In this document: in pieces, positions 37,978 through 48,200 of the stretch | Layout of the letters: the number at the start of each line of letters is the position of its first letter | Numbering within the stretch: the stretch's first letter is position 1 | Assembly (NCBI GenBank): GCA_964519225.1 | Contig: CAZFJK010000002.1 | Coordinates: 1-64,000, forward strand | DNA length: 64,000 nucleotides | Direction of reading: 5' to 3' | Origin: an uncultured Methanosarcinales archaeon | GTDB lineage: Archaea; Nanobdellota; Nanobdellia; Woesearchaeales; B54-G15 | Made by a program: the position numbers and the translations under genes | Notes under the pieces: model-generated | The model's database searches: none | What the model saw: only the letters and a program-made list of their open reading frames with translations | Told to the model about the DNA's origin: nothing

Positions 37978-40900
37978 AGCATAACTGTATTTGGCGGATC
38001 ATTGCAATGAGCTTAATTGGTTTAGTTATTTCAATCAGCTTTTCTATTGCAGGGGTTTATGCTTCTCTTGAAATAACAAGGAGCAGCGGTTCTGGTAATG
38101 TTGACAATTATTTTGATGGTAAAGGAGATAATTGGATTATTGAAGCTGTTGCCGACCTCGGCGGCAGAACCGTTCAGCCAGAAATGATTACGCTTAGATT
38201 TCCTACTGGCGATGAGCATTTTCAAACATGCGAAAAGCAAAACGAGCATTATGTATGCAGATGGGAAAGCGGTTTTATGACGGCTCCTGAAGGAAGCTAT
38301 TCTGTTGATGCTGTTTTGCATGACCTTGTTTTAGCTGTGGATTATAGTGATAAAGCAGAACTGATTGTTGACGGTTCTAAGCCGAGGATTCATTCTCTGC
38401 AGATAACACAAGAGGGCGGTGAAATTAAAATCGGCATTATAGTTTCTGATAGCAAAATTGTAAATGGCGCTGAAACAAGCAGCGGACTTGACAGAATTGA
38501 AGTTTGGAACGGTGATAATCTTGTTGCAAAGGTTGAAAACATCAGCAGCACTGACTATGAAGGCGACTTAATTGCTGATCTGCCTGAAGGAAGTTTTACG
38601 CAAAATTTCCTGATTAAAGTTTATGATAAAATAGGCCATGTTACTGCTGTTGCAAGCGAGCAATTTGCAGTTGATTTTAGCGTTCCTAAAATTTTGACTG
38701 AAAGCTTTAAGATAGGTGAATTAATTGATTGGGCTCCTTCACAGCCAGGAAAATTTGATATTTCTGTTGAGATTATGGAGGATGAAGGTTTGAGTGAAGT
38801 TGTCGGGGACTTTTCTCAGCTCGGCTTAAGCTCAAATGAAGTAGCTGATAAATGCGAAGAGATTGCTTCTATGCATTTTAAGTGCTATTGGTACAATAGA
38901 TTAGTAAGTTTTCCTGGCAATGTCAGGCTTAAGATAAGCGCAACCGATTTGCGCGGAAATGTTGGTATTGCTTATGTTGAAAGGGCTTTTAAGGTTGATC
39001 AAGCAAGGCCTGTTATATTGTTTGTTGGGAGCGAAGGTTTCTATAACGGAACGAATTATGCAAACAAGAATAGATTGACAAAGTTAATTGCAAGAATACA
39101 AGAGGCAGAAAGCGGAATCTCTGCTGAGAATGTTTTATTTGATGCTGATTATGTTGTAAGCGGCGGAGCTGGAACGCACAAGCGCGTGCATGCTGAAAAT
39201 TGCAGTGAGGTTGAATCCGGCGTGTACGAATGCTATCTTGATATTGCCTTACGAAACTATGGAACTGCTTTTCTAGTTAGCGTAAAAGATAATGCAGGGA
39301 ACAGTGTTTCTGTTGATGAACTTGCGACTCTCGGCAGGATCGAACTTAAGCCGGATGAGGATGCTCCTGTTATTGAAAAAGTAGAGATGAAAGCTACCGC
39401 AGGAATGTACGGAACTGAAAAGGAATATTTTGAAAGCAATGATTTCATTAATTTGCGCGTTTATGTGAAGGATAAGATCGGAGTAAGGTGTTATGCTGAT
39501 CTGAGAAATGTTGTGTTAGGAATAAATGAATATGTTCCTGCAGATGATTGCAGTTTACAGCAAGACGGAAGTTGGCTTTGCGAATGGCTTGGCAAAGGTC
39601 CGATAAGGAGCGGATATGCAAAAGCTTATTATGGGATTAGATGCGAAGATTATGTTGGAAATTATGCAGAGAAGGACGGCGTTATAGAAATACTTGGAAA
39701 AAAGATCGAAACGCATCCTGATTTTTGGAAGACTGTAAGCGTTGAAATGATGCCCTCATTTTTGGACAGAAGCATGACAAAAATAATGAGGAGCAGGGTT
39801 TATTTTGATGCTGAAATACATACAGTAAATCCGAACGTTGAATTCTTGGATGCAAGGTTGAAGGAATGTAAAGGGAAAAGCATTCCTGCTTGCGGCGATG
39901 ATTGTTTGATTGATTATTATATTATTAACAATGTTCCTGGAAGCGAGCATTTTTATATTGTTTTAGAGTTCAAACAATTTGATGCTGAAAATATAGATAT
40001 GCTTCAGTATAACTGCACACTTGAAATCTTCTCTAAGTATGGTGCATTTGCTTTGCAGAATCCAGAAGAAGAAGTTATCCAGCTTGATGTTCCTGTTGGT
40101 GAAAGTAGGATTGGAAGGATAGATACTAATTTAGAAAGGAAAATAGAACGGGTTAAGAAAAGGATTGGTGGAATTTGGAGTAGGATCAGTGATCTAAAAA
40201 AATTCATTGAATGGTCAAAATGGGGTTGTAGGGTGCTTTTTATTTTGGATGTTCCAGTGAGAGCAATTATAGATATTGTTAATAGAAAAAGTGAAGGTGC
40301 AAGAGCATTGCCTGGTGGAGCTGCTATTGCATCTTCGATTTGTTTGTTTAGCGAGCAAACAAAAGAAGAACTTTCGTGGGAACCGGTAAAATGGCTTAAA
40401 CCTTTTTGTTATTTTGTGAGTTGCAGAGGTCCTTGGTATGATAAGTATAAAGATGCGATAGCAAAATTCTTAACAGTTGAAGTAGGAAAAGCAACCGGAG
40501 GGATTAGTTTGCCTTTCACACCAGGAGCGCTTGAAAGAGCAATTGGATTAACTCCAGATCCGTACAGAAGCTTGACTATGGCTGTGGCTATGCTTTGTGT
40601 TCCTGCTATTGTTTATAATCTTGACAAGCTCAGGCAGATTGATTGCAGGTATCTTTATTGTTTGAAAAATGAAGTTCCCGCTGGAATTGTTACAGTACGC
40701 GGATGTAAGGAATTAAGAAGATATATGGCATGTAAATATGTTTGGGGAGAAATATTTGAGTTTATTCCGTTTGTGAAGTTGGTTGATAGAGCTCTTGCTC
40801 TGTTACAAAGTTATTTGAAAGATCCTATTGCAGCATTAAGACTGAGTGCAGCACTTTATTGCAAACAATGGTGTGCTGGCTCAAATATTGGAGCTACTGA

Positions 40901-41009
40901 ATGCAGTATTGCTGCATGGACTTTTGCAATACTCGACTTAATCAATGATATTACTATGCTTGAAAAGGAAGCTAAAAGCATTAAATTTGATTATTGTAGT
41001 ACTATATAA
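37974..41009 (+). CDS. Secreted 1011-aa protein: tandem Ig-like domains with Cys pairs plus a Cys-rich helical C-terminal domain (B1)
   Basis: Signal peptide; repeated D..P.I / V.D..G / C..C.W / D..GN units; ATGA overlap with the upstream gene. Confidence 0.75.
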   Translation: MKHNCIWRIIAMSLIGLVISISFSIAGVYASLEITRSSGSGNVDNYFDGKGDNWIIEAVADLGGRTVQPEMITLRFPTGDEHFQTCEKQNEHYVCRWESGFMTAPEGSYSVDAVLHDLVLAVDYSDKAELIVDGSKPRIHSLQITQEGGEIKIGIIVSDSKIVNGAETSSGLDRIEVWNGDNLVAKVENISSTDYEGDLIADLPEGSFTQNFLIKVYDKIGHVTAVASEQFAVDFSVPKILTESFKIGELIDWAPSQPGKFDISVEIMEDEGLSEVVGDFSQLGLSSNEVADKCEEIASMHFKCYWYNRLVSFPGNVRLKISATDLRGNVGIAYVERAFKVDQARPVILFVGSEGFYNGTNYANKNRLTKLIARIQEAESGISAENVLFDADYVVSGGAGTHKRVHAENCSEVESGVYECYLDIALRNYGTAFLVSVKDNAGNSVSVDELATLGRIELKPDEDAPVIEKVEMKATAGMYGTEKEYFESNDFINLRVYVKDKIGVRCYADLRNVVLGINEYVPADDCSLQQDGSWLCEWLGKGPIRSGYAKAYYGIRCEDYVGNYAEKDGVIEILGKKIETHPDFWKTVSVEMMPSFLDRSMTKIMRSRVYFDAEIHTVNPNVEFLDARLKECKGKSIPACGDDCLIDYYIINNVPGSEHFYIVLEFKQFDAENIDMLQYNCTLEIFSKYGAFALQNPEEEVIQLDVPVGESRIGRIDTNLERKIERVKKRIGGIWSRISDLKKFIEWSKWGCRVLFILDVPVRAIIDIVNRKSEGARALPGGAAIASSICLFSEQTKEELSWEPVKWLKPFCYFVSCRGPWYDKYKDAIAKFLTVEVGKATGGISLPFTPGALERAIGLTPDPYRSLTMAVAMLCVPAIVYNLDKLRQIDCRYLYCLKNEVPAGIVTVRGCKELRRYMACKYVWGEIFEFIPFVKLVDRALALLQSYLKDPIAALRLSAALYCKQWCAGSNIGATECSIAAWTFAILDLINDITMLEKEAKSIKFDYCSTI

Positions 41010-41014
41010 TCGTA

Positions 41015-42616
41015 ATGTTAAAAATGAAAAAGAAAAAAACAAAGGCAAAGACAAAAGAAGTGCGGTGGTTCATTTTGATAGGTATAATTGGTTTATCGGT
41101 AATGCTAACTTTAGTTTCGCTTTCTTTTTCTCAGGAAGAAAAAAGTAAAAATAAAGGTGAAAAAGAGCCACCTATTGATTTGACTAGATATGGTTTTACG
41201 AAGAAAGACTTGGAAGATAGTACTTCATACACTTTAGGCGAGCATTCGTTTGTTTATAGGAATGGGGAATGGTATTATAATGGAAAGAAATGTTCTTTAA
41301 CTTATTTTGATACAGAGCCATATCCTCTGTTCGTGCTACCAGATGGATCTGAGGTTGAAATGCCTAAAGAAGGGAAAGTTATCGTTGCTCATCAAGATAA
41401 GACTCTAGAAGAATATAATTACAGAGAAATGAATGGAAAGTATGTTTTAGAATCAAAAATTAAGTATGATAAACATAAAAGTCCAGTGGCTGGGGAAGAG
41501 CACTTTATCATAAATACAGATTTTTCAAAAGAATATGGAAATGCATTTTACTGGGAATGGGAATATAATGAGAAAACTAAGAAAAGAGAAGGTTATATTT
41601 ATTCTGAAAAAGACGGAAATGTAGTTGGTTATGGCGTAGGAGATGAGCGTTATATTGTTTCTCCTGATTCGTATAAGGTTTTAAGGATGAAGGATAAAAA
41701 GGTAATAGAAAAGTACGAGTATAAGAAAGGAACATGGCGCGATGCCAAAGGAAATGAAGTTAAAGATGAAAATGTTTTGAATGTGTTAAAAGATGTTCAC
41801 AGAGAACGATATTACTACAGATGGCTTACTGGTGAGGTTAGTTTAGGAAAAATCTTAGAAACAGCAGGAGAGATAATTCCTGCTGCAGAAAAAGCACTTA
41901 TGCCAGGACTTAGCGGTTGGATTGGAAAGCAATGGAAGAATTTTAAAGCGTGGCGAGAAACAATCGATGAAAAATTTGCAAAAGCCTGTCTTGGTGAAGA
42001 ATATTGGAAAAGCGAGATATGCGATGCGCATTTGGAAAGATTAAATAAGCAAGGATTAGTTATAGAATCTCCAGCAGGAGAGGTTCAGTTTGTTGCGCAT
42101 GTTGAAGCTGAAAGAAGCAAGCCAATGCCAAAGGAATGTCCTTGCAAAGCTGGTGAAGAATGCATAGGAGGTATCTGCTATAAAGATGGACAGCCGTTAG
42201 TGAAATATTTTTATAAAATTACGTACGGTGTAAGGGCGCCGAGCGATATTGCTTTAACGCCTGAGATTGATGAGAGGGGAGCTATCAGCTTTACGTTGGA
42301 ATTAAAAGGTGAAGTAAACAAATATGCTTATGTTGTTGAAGGCACTCAACAACCGTATTATTTCCATCTTAAGCCTGGTGAGGAGAAATCTGCAGTTGGA
42401 GATAAAGCTTTATTGTTTTTTTCAACGCGAAAATATGATGAGGTTTGTATAAAATTTGGAAAGGAACCAAAGAAAAAATGGAGAGAAATAAAGTATCTTT
42501 GCAATAAAATAGCTGAATCGCAGAGGAGCTATGAGAACTGGCGAGAAGCAGCATTATCTGGTGCAGCTCCAGGAGAAGCACCAACATTAGAACCTGAATT
42601 TAATTCAGATATTTAA
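41015..42616 (+). CDS. Membrane-anchored or secreted hypothetical protein (C1)
   Basis: Basic N-terminus plus one TM; Tyr/Lys/Gly-rich middle; Cys-containing C-terminal domain. Alternative ATG at 41024. Confidence 0.72.
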   Translation: MLKMKKKKTKAKTKEVRWFILIGIIGLSVMLTLVSLSFSQEEKSKNKGEKEPPIDLTRYGFTKKDLEDSTSYTLGEHSFVYRNGEWYYNGKKCSLTYFDTEPYPLFVLPDGSEVEMPKEGKVIVAHQDKTLEEYNYREMNGKYVLESKIKYDKHKSPVAGEEHFIINTDFSKEYGNAFYWEWEYNEKTKKREGYIYSEKDGNVVGYGVGDERYIVSPDSYKVLRMKDKKVIEKYEYKKGTWRDAKGNEVKDENVLNVLKDVHRERYYYRWLTGEVSLGKILETAGEIIPAAEKALMPGLSGWIGKQWKNFKAWRETIDEKFAKACLGEEYWKSEICDAHLERLNKQGLVIESPAGEVQFVAHVEAERSKPMPKECPCKAGEECIGGICYKDGQPLVKYFYKITYGVRAPSDIALTPEIDERGAISFTLELKGEVNKYAYVVEGTQQPYYFHLKPGEEKSAVGDKALLFFSTRKYDEVCIKFGKEPKKKWREIKYLCNKIAESQRSYENWREAALSGAAPGEAPTLEPEFNSDI

Positions 42617-42641
42617 AATATAAAAATGATTAAAAATTAAA

Positions 42642-43388
42642 ATGAAACCAAAATTAAAACTCGCTCTTAAAGAAAGCGTTAAGGATAGCTTTTTGATTTT
42701 TTTACTTTTTGATGCAATTTTCATCGGAATAAATGCTGGTTTAATTTATTTATTTTATTTTAAAATAAAAAGTAAATTGGCTTTTTTCTTCTTGGCGCAA
42801 ACAATCCAACCAGAAAATTTAGAGCAGGTGTATGCATTTTCTCAGCAAATTTCTTCTGCTTTGACCTTCGTTGGAGTTGCTTTTGTCGTGTCTCTAATCG
42901 TTTTGATCTTTTCGCATTCACTCACGCGAACCTTGGCTTGGAATTTGGTAATGAGAAAGAAGCTTGGATTTAGAGCTTTGCATTGGTTAAAATTTACAGC
43001 AATCAGCGTTATTCAAGGGCTTGCATTTATTTTGATAGGTTTTCCATTTGCTTTACCGGCTGCAATTGCTAAATCAGCTACTGTTTTGCTTTTAACTATT
43101 TTGTATGGTTTGCTGTTCTACTTCTTTGCTCTTGTTCAGGCAAACCTTTCAAAATCAGGAAAGATAGGAAAATCATTAGCAAACGGATTTCTGCTTTTTG
43201 ACTGGAAGTTCTGCGGAACAAGCTTAGCAGTATTTTTTGGTATTGGTCTTATATCAACCTTGCTTTCAGCACTTAGAGCGTTAAATTCACCAAACGCTTT
43301 TATACTCGTTACGCTTGTTTTAATATGTTTATACATTTCGTGGATCAAATCGTTTGTGTTTGATCAAATAAGGCAGCTAAAAAAATAA
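42642..43388 (+). CDS. Polytopic membrane protein (about 6 TM)
   Basis: Six hydrophobic segments; lies inside the surface operon. Confidence 0.75.
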   Translation: MKPKLKLALKESVKDSFLIFLLFDAIFIGINAGLIYLFYFKIKSKLAFFFLAQTIQPENLEQVYAFSQQISSALTFVGVAFVVSLIVLIFSHSLTRTLAWNLVMRKKLGFRALHWLKFTAISVIQGLAFILIGFPFALPAAIAKSATVLLLTILYGLLFYFFALVQANLSKSGKIGKSLANGFLLFDWKFCGTSLAVFFGIGLISTLLSALRALNSPNAFILVTLVLICLYISWIKSFVFDQIRQLKK

Positions 43389-43395
43389 AATAAAA

Positions 43396-45258
43396 ATGAA
43401 AAAAAGAGGTCAGATTACGTTATTCATTTTAATAGGCCTAATTATTGTAATTGCGTTCTTTTTACTTTTCTATCTGAAGCAAAAAGAGATCATATTCAAG
43501 CCAAAGCCTCCGCTATTGCCGACTGAATTAGCTCCGTTAGATGCTTATGTAAAGGCATGTATCGAAAAGATAAGCGGTGAAGCTGTAGCTATGATCGGAA
43601 CAACAGGAGGATACATCTATTATCCTGATTTTATTAAGAATGATATGAGTTCTTATCTGCTTATTGCTCCTACAGAGCACGGAATGATGCCTTACTGGAG
43701 AACTTTAGAAGCGTTAAGAATTCCTCCTTTACAGTTTATAGCAGAACAAATGGAAAGATATGTTAATGAGAACTTAAAATCGTGCTTGCAGAACTTCACT
43801 CCTTTTACTGCACAGCACAATATTGTTGAAAAATCAGAGCCAAAGGCAGATGTTGAATTCGGCGATGAAGCTACCTTGGTAAAAGTTGATTACGCGCTTT
43901 CGATCAGCGATAAACAAGGAAGAAAGGTTGCTGATATCGAAGAATTTGAAATTGAACTTCCTTACAGAATCAAGACGATACATCGGATAGCAGAAGAACT
44001 GGTGAAAGCAGAGAATACAAACAAATTTATGGAATATACAGTTATTGACTTGATTGCGCTTGATGAGGATATTCCTTTAAATGGCGTAGAGCTGAGCTGC
44101 AAGAAGAAAAGATGGCGAACCAGCGATGTTGAAAACAAGTTGAAAACATTGATTAGAGTGAATCTTCCGAAGATAAGAGTTGAAAGGACGAGCTATCCTG
44201 ATTTTCCTGCAGATCAGCCTTATCTGGCAAAACATTTTGTTTGGGACCCCTTAAAGCTAAATTATAAGGATTTTAGTATTAGTTTTAGTTTTAATGAAGA
44301 ATGGCCATTTTATTTCTATGCAAGGCCGAATAAAGGCGGCTGGCTTGAAAGCGGAATGCAAAGGATTCAACGCTATTTGCCGTTTGTCTGCATACAAAGC
44401 TGGCAATTCAGCTATGATTTACGCTTTCCGATTATGGTTTCGATTCTGGACAGAAAGAATAATTATCTGTTTTCCTTTGCTTTGGAGCTCGGCATTGAAA
44501 GGAATTATCCTTCTGTTGGAAGTGTTGCAAGTGAAAGCTACAGATTCAGAACAGAAGAGCCGACTGAAGCAGAATACTGCTCGCGAAAGCAAACCCTGAT
44601 GACAATATTCAGCTATGATAATGTTTCAAATAGCTTTTTACCGATTGATGATGTTGAACTTGAATTTACTTGTTTGAAATATACCTGCTCATTAGGTAAA
44701 ACGTCATACGCAAGTGGAGGGGCTGTAGCATTGCTAAAAACATATGTTCCGAAATGTACATACGGGATTCTGAAAGCAAGAAAAGAAGGATATAAAGAGG
44801 GTACTGCCTTTATTTCAACTGAAGTGCCCGGAGAAGTTAGTGTTTATTTAACGCCGATAAAAAAGGTTAAGGTTAAGGTTGTTAAGCACAGGTATGATTT
44901 TGATTCTGGAATGCTCAGTCCTGATGCAGAAGAATTAGGCAGGGATGAGATAGCAAGTATTAATGTAAAAAGAAAAGATCATGAGGCTTATACTGTTTAT
45001 CCTGCAGAATTTAATGAGATTGAATTACTTGCTGAAGATGATTTTACCTATAATATTACCATTCATCTTACTTTAGAGGGTTTGGTGATTGGTGGTTTGC
45101 AAAAGACGATCGAGCTTGAGCGGGATGAACTCAGTCTTGCAAATGAGATTGTTTTCCATGTTGCGTATGCTGATGTAAAAAATGAGGATGATATGTTAAA
45201 GTTAATGAGCTTACTGCCTGAAATATCGGAATCAGTACCTTTGCCTGAATTAAGATGA
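43396..45258 (+). CDS. Large (620 aa) class III signal-peptide surface protein, paralogue A2
   Basis: MKKRG/QITLFILIGLII; shares LP.EL.P, C.EK, IG..GGYI, WPFYF, YD...PI, FSFA.E..I..N.P with 35845-37977. Confidence 0.82.
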   Translation: MKKRGQITLFILIGLIIVIAFFLLFYLKQKEIIFKPKPPLLPTELAPLDAYVKACIEKISGEAVAMIGTTGGYIYYPDFIKNDMSSYLLIAPTEHGMMPYWRTLEALRIPPLQFIAEQMERYVNENLKSCLQNFTPFTAQHNIVEKSEPKADVEFGDEATLVKVDYALSISDKQGRKVADIEEFEIELPYRIKTIHRIAEELVKAENTNKFMEYTVIDLIALDEDIPLNGVELSCKKKRWRTSDVENKLKTLIRVNLPKIRVERTSYPDFPADQPYLAKHFVWDPLKLNYKDFSISFSFNEEWPFYFYARPNKGGWLESGMQRIQRYLPFVCIQSWQFSYDLRFPIMVSILDRKNNYLFSFALELGIERNYPSVGSVASESYRFRTEEPTEAEYCSRKQTLMTIFSYDNVSNSFLPIDDVELEFTCLKYTCSLGKTSYASGGAVALLKTYVPKCTYGILKARKEGYKEGTAFISTEVPGEVSVYLTPIKKVKVKVVKHRYDFDSGMLSPDAEELGRDEIASINVKRKDHEAYTVYPAEFNEIELLAEDDFTYNITIHLTLEGLVIGGLQKTIELERDELSLANEIVFHVAYADVKNEDDMLKLMSLLPEISESVPLPELR

Positions 45259-48200
45259 ATAAAAGAAAGAAAAAACTGGTTTGTGCATGGATTTTAGTAT
45301 TGATTATTTGTATGCCGTTTGGTTTTGCTCAGGTAAAGACGCAGCTAACATTAGAGTTGAATGTTCCTGCTTATGTTAATGAGCGGTACATTGATGTTAC
45401 AGGCAGCACAGAGCAAAATGCTGTTGTTGAACTTTGGCTGAACGGAAAGCTCGCAAGAAAAACTACATTTCCGGATGGAAATATTATATTTTACGATGTT
45501 GCACTCGAGCCGAATACTGCAAATGTTATTGTTGTTAAATCATTTGCTCTTGGGTTAAGTGCGGAAAAACAGGTTACTGTTTTTTGTGATCTGGTAAAGC
45601 CTGCTCTAACGCTTGCAGAACTACCTTTGGTAACGAAAGAGCAAAAGGTAACTGTTTCTGGAAATGTCTCTGAAAGTGCAGATATTGAGATTTTTTTAGG
45701 CGGAAACAGTGTTTTTAAAGCAGAGAACGTTCAATCGTTTTCAAAGGATGTTGTGCTTGAAGAAGGTGAAAATACTTTACTGATTACTGCTGTAGATAAA
45801 GCAGGAAACAAAGAAGAGATTTCCCATACTGTAGTTAAAGATACAAAGCCGCCAAAGATAGAAAAGCTTTATCCTGAAAGCGGTGCTTTTTACTATGAAG
45901 GTAAGGCTATTGATGATGTAAAAGGAAAAACAGAACCATTTGCTAGCGTTAAGCTTTATGTTATCTTTACTGAAGACGGTAAAGAAAAAAGAGAACTCGT
46001 GGCCGAAACAAAAGCAGATGTTGAAGGCAATTTCAAATTTGAAGATGTGAACTTTCAGAATCCAAAAAGAGGAATAAGCTTCTCTATCTGGGAATTCCGC
46101 GTTGGCGTTGGTGGAGAAGCAGGTATTGAGGAAGTAGCACCCGGAGAGGAAACAGAGGAATGGTATGAGCAGAAAGTAATTAGCGCAAGGTTTGTTGTTG
46201 TTGCCGAAGATGCTGTAAAACATAGGACTGAAAAACAATTTACTATCGGCATTGGAACGTGCTGGAGTGGAGCATTCAAGTTTGACATTGATGTTTTGCC
46301 AGAATATGTTTTACCTACCCTGCTCAGTCCTGAAAGATTGGCCGAAGGAACAGAAAGAATAAGCTTTGTAATGAATGTGAGCTATGTTGGTGGAAAGCCT
46401 AAAGGCGATTGGCAGATTGTTGATGTAAGAATTGATCATGCCTGCGGCAGAAGTCTTGCTCAGCTTGCAAAGGAATATGAAGACGATCCGCGATACGAAA
46501 TTGCTTGTGAAATGCTGAAGAGGGTTCCGCATCCGCATAAGGACAGCAATCGGGCTAAAACCCTTTGGTATGTTGAATTCAAGAATATGTATTCTAAAGA
46601 ATTTGAGGAGCTGGTAAATCTTAAATGGGACGAGCTGAAAAAGAAATTAAGGTTTAATCAATTGATCTTTCCGCTTAGGGTTACTATAGCATATAGGGAA
46701 AAGGAAGAAAAGGTTGTTGATGGCAAGCTGAGAAAGGTTTTTGGTCCTGTGAAATATCAAACAAAATGTATTTCTGTTGCTTATTTTGTTGATTTTCCTG
46801 TTGATCCAAGAGATGTGTGGCCTGACTGGTTGATAAATGACGGCATAAAATTTGCAAACAAAACTGTAAGCGCAATAAACAAAATAATGCCATATGTCGA
46901 TAAAACAGTTATGAGTGTTGGTGCTGCATGCATAGGAAGCATGCTCGGAAGGTTTGCTGTGAAAGTAATAAGAAAAGCTGTTTGTGCATGGGAAAGCTGG
47001 GCTGGAAGAGTTATGCAAAGCAAAGAAAGACAGTGTCCTAGTGCAGCAAAACGAATGGAATTAGACGATACCGCATTAAAAACACAATGTCCGCTCTGTG
47101 CAAATTGGTGGAATATTGAAAGCAAACTGTATGTTCCGTACAGGCTTACCTGCGATAGGATTTTCTGTCATAGGGCTCCTGCTGGCTGGACTGCATTCCC
47201 GACTCCAGCTAGCGAAATAGCAATGGCAAAAGCAAGCCAGCTTTTCTGCGGCCTTGAAGAAAAGTTAGGAATAACGCCTTTGAGAAAATTAAAATGGGAT
47301 GCTGTGGAGGAAGAGGTATCGCTTACTCTGAAGAACCTTACACCTATAGGAGGTAAGGGACCAGAATATGTGTATGAATATAAGTTTGCATATTATGCTC
47401 CTGATCCCGAAAAGAAAAATAAATTAGTGAGAATTGCGCAAAGAAGTGACGTAATTACCGATGCACCTGAAACGCTTACGGTTGAAAAAATAGGCGATAC
47501 TTATGGAACTGCCATTGATAGAAAATGTGATGAGATGTGTAAGGATTTCTTTGGAAAGGATTTTGAAGGGCGATGTGCAGAAGAAAAAAGCTGTGCCGAA
47601 GCAGGTAATTATCCTATAGGATATTCTAGAGATTGTTTTCCGAAACAGAAAAGCGTATGTTGTTGCGAATTGCCAGAAAAAGAGCGTGCAAAAAAAGAAG
47701 CGGAGAAAAAGAAACTTTGTCCTGCTAATAAGCTGTGGAATTACAGGACGCAGCAGCTTTACAGGGAAACAAAAGGAAAGTTCGGCTGCAAGTATCCAGA
47801 TGATAGGTATTATCGTGGGCGCGATATATATGCCTGTGCAGGAATGGATCATCTTTTTGATTATTTAGGATTACATCCAACAAAGGCTCCTATTTTAGAT
47901 CCAAAAGACCATATGGTTGCCGTGCAATGTGTATGCTTAACAGGAATAAGGGCGCGACTTGTTCTGCTGAGAAATATAATGACTGGTTTAATGAATTGTT
48001 TAGAGCAAGTGAAAACAACAGGAAAAGCTAATGCAGGTGTATGCAAAGAATTGTTTGCAATGTATTTCTGCGATCTTCTGTATCAGGTCTTTGTTGCATT
48101 TGAAAAGGGATGCATAACTCTGCCTTTCGGAGTTAAGGCTAGAGTTTTGCCCGGAGTTGGAAAAGTAGAATACAATGTTGAAGGAGAGTTTGCTGAGCTT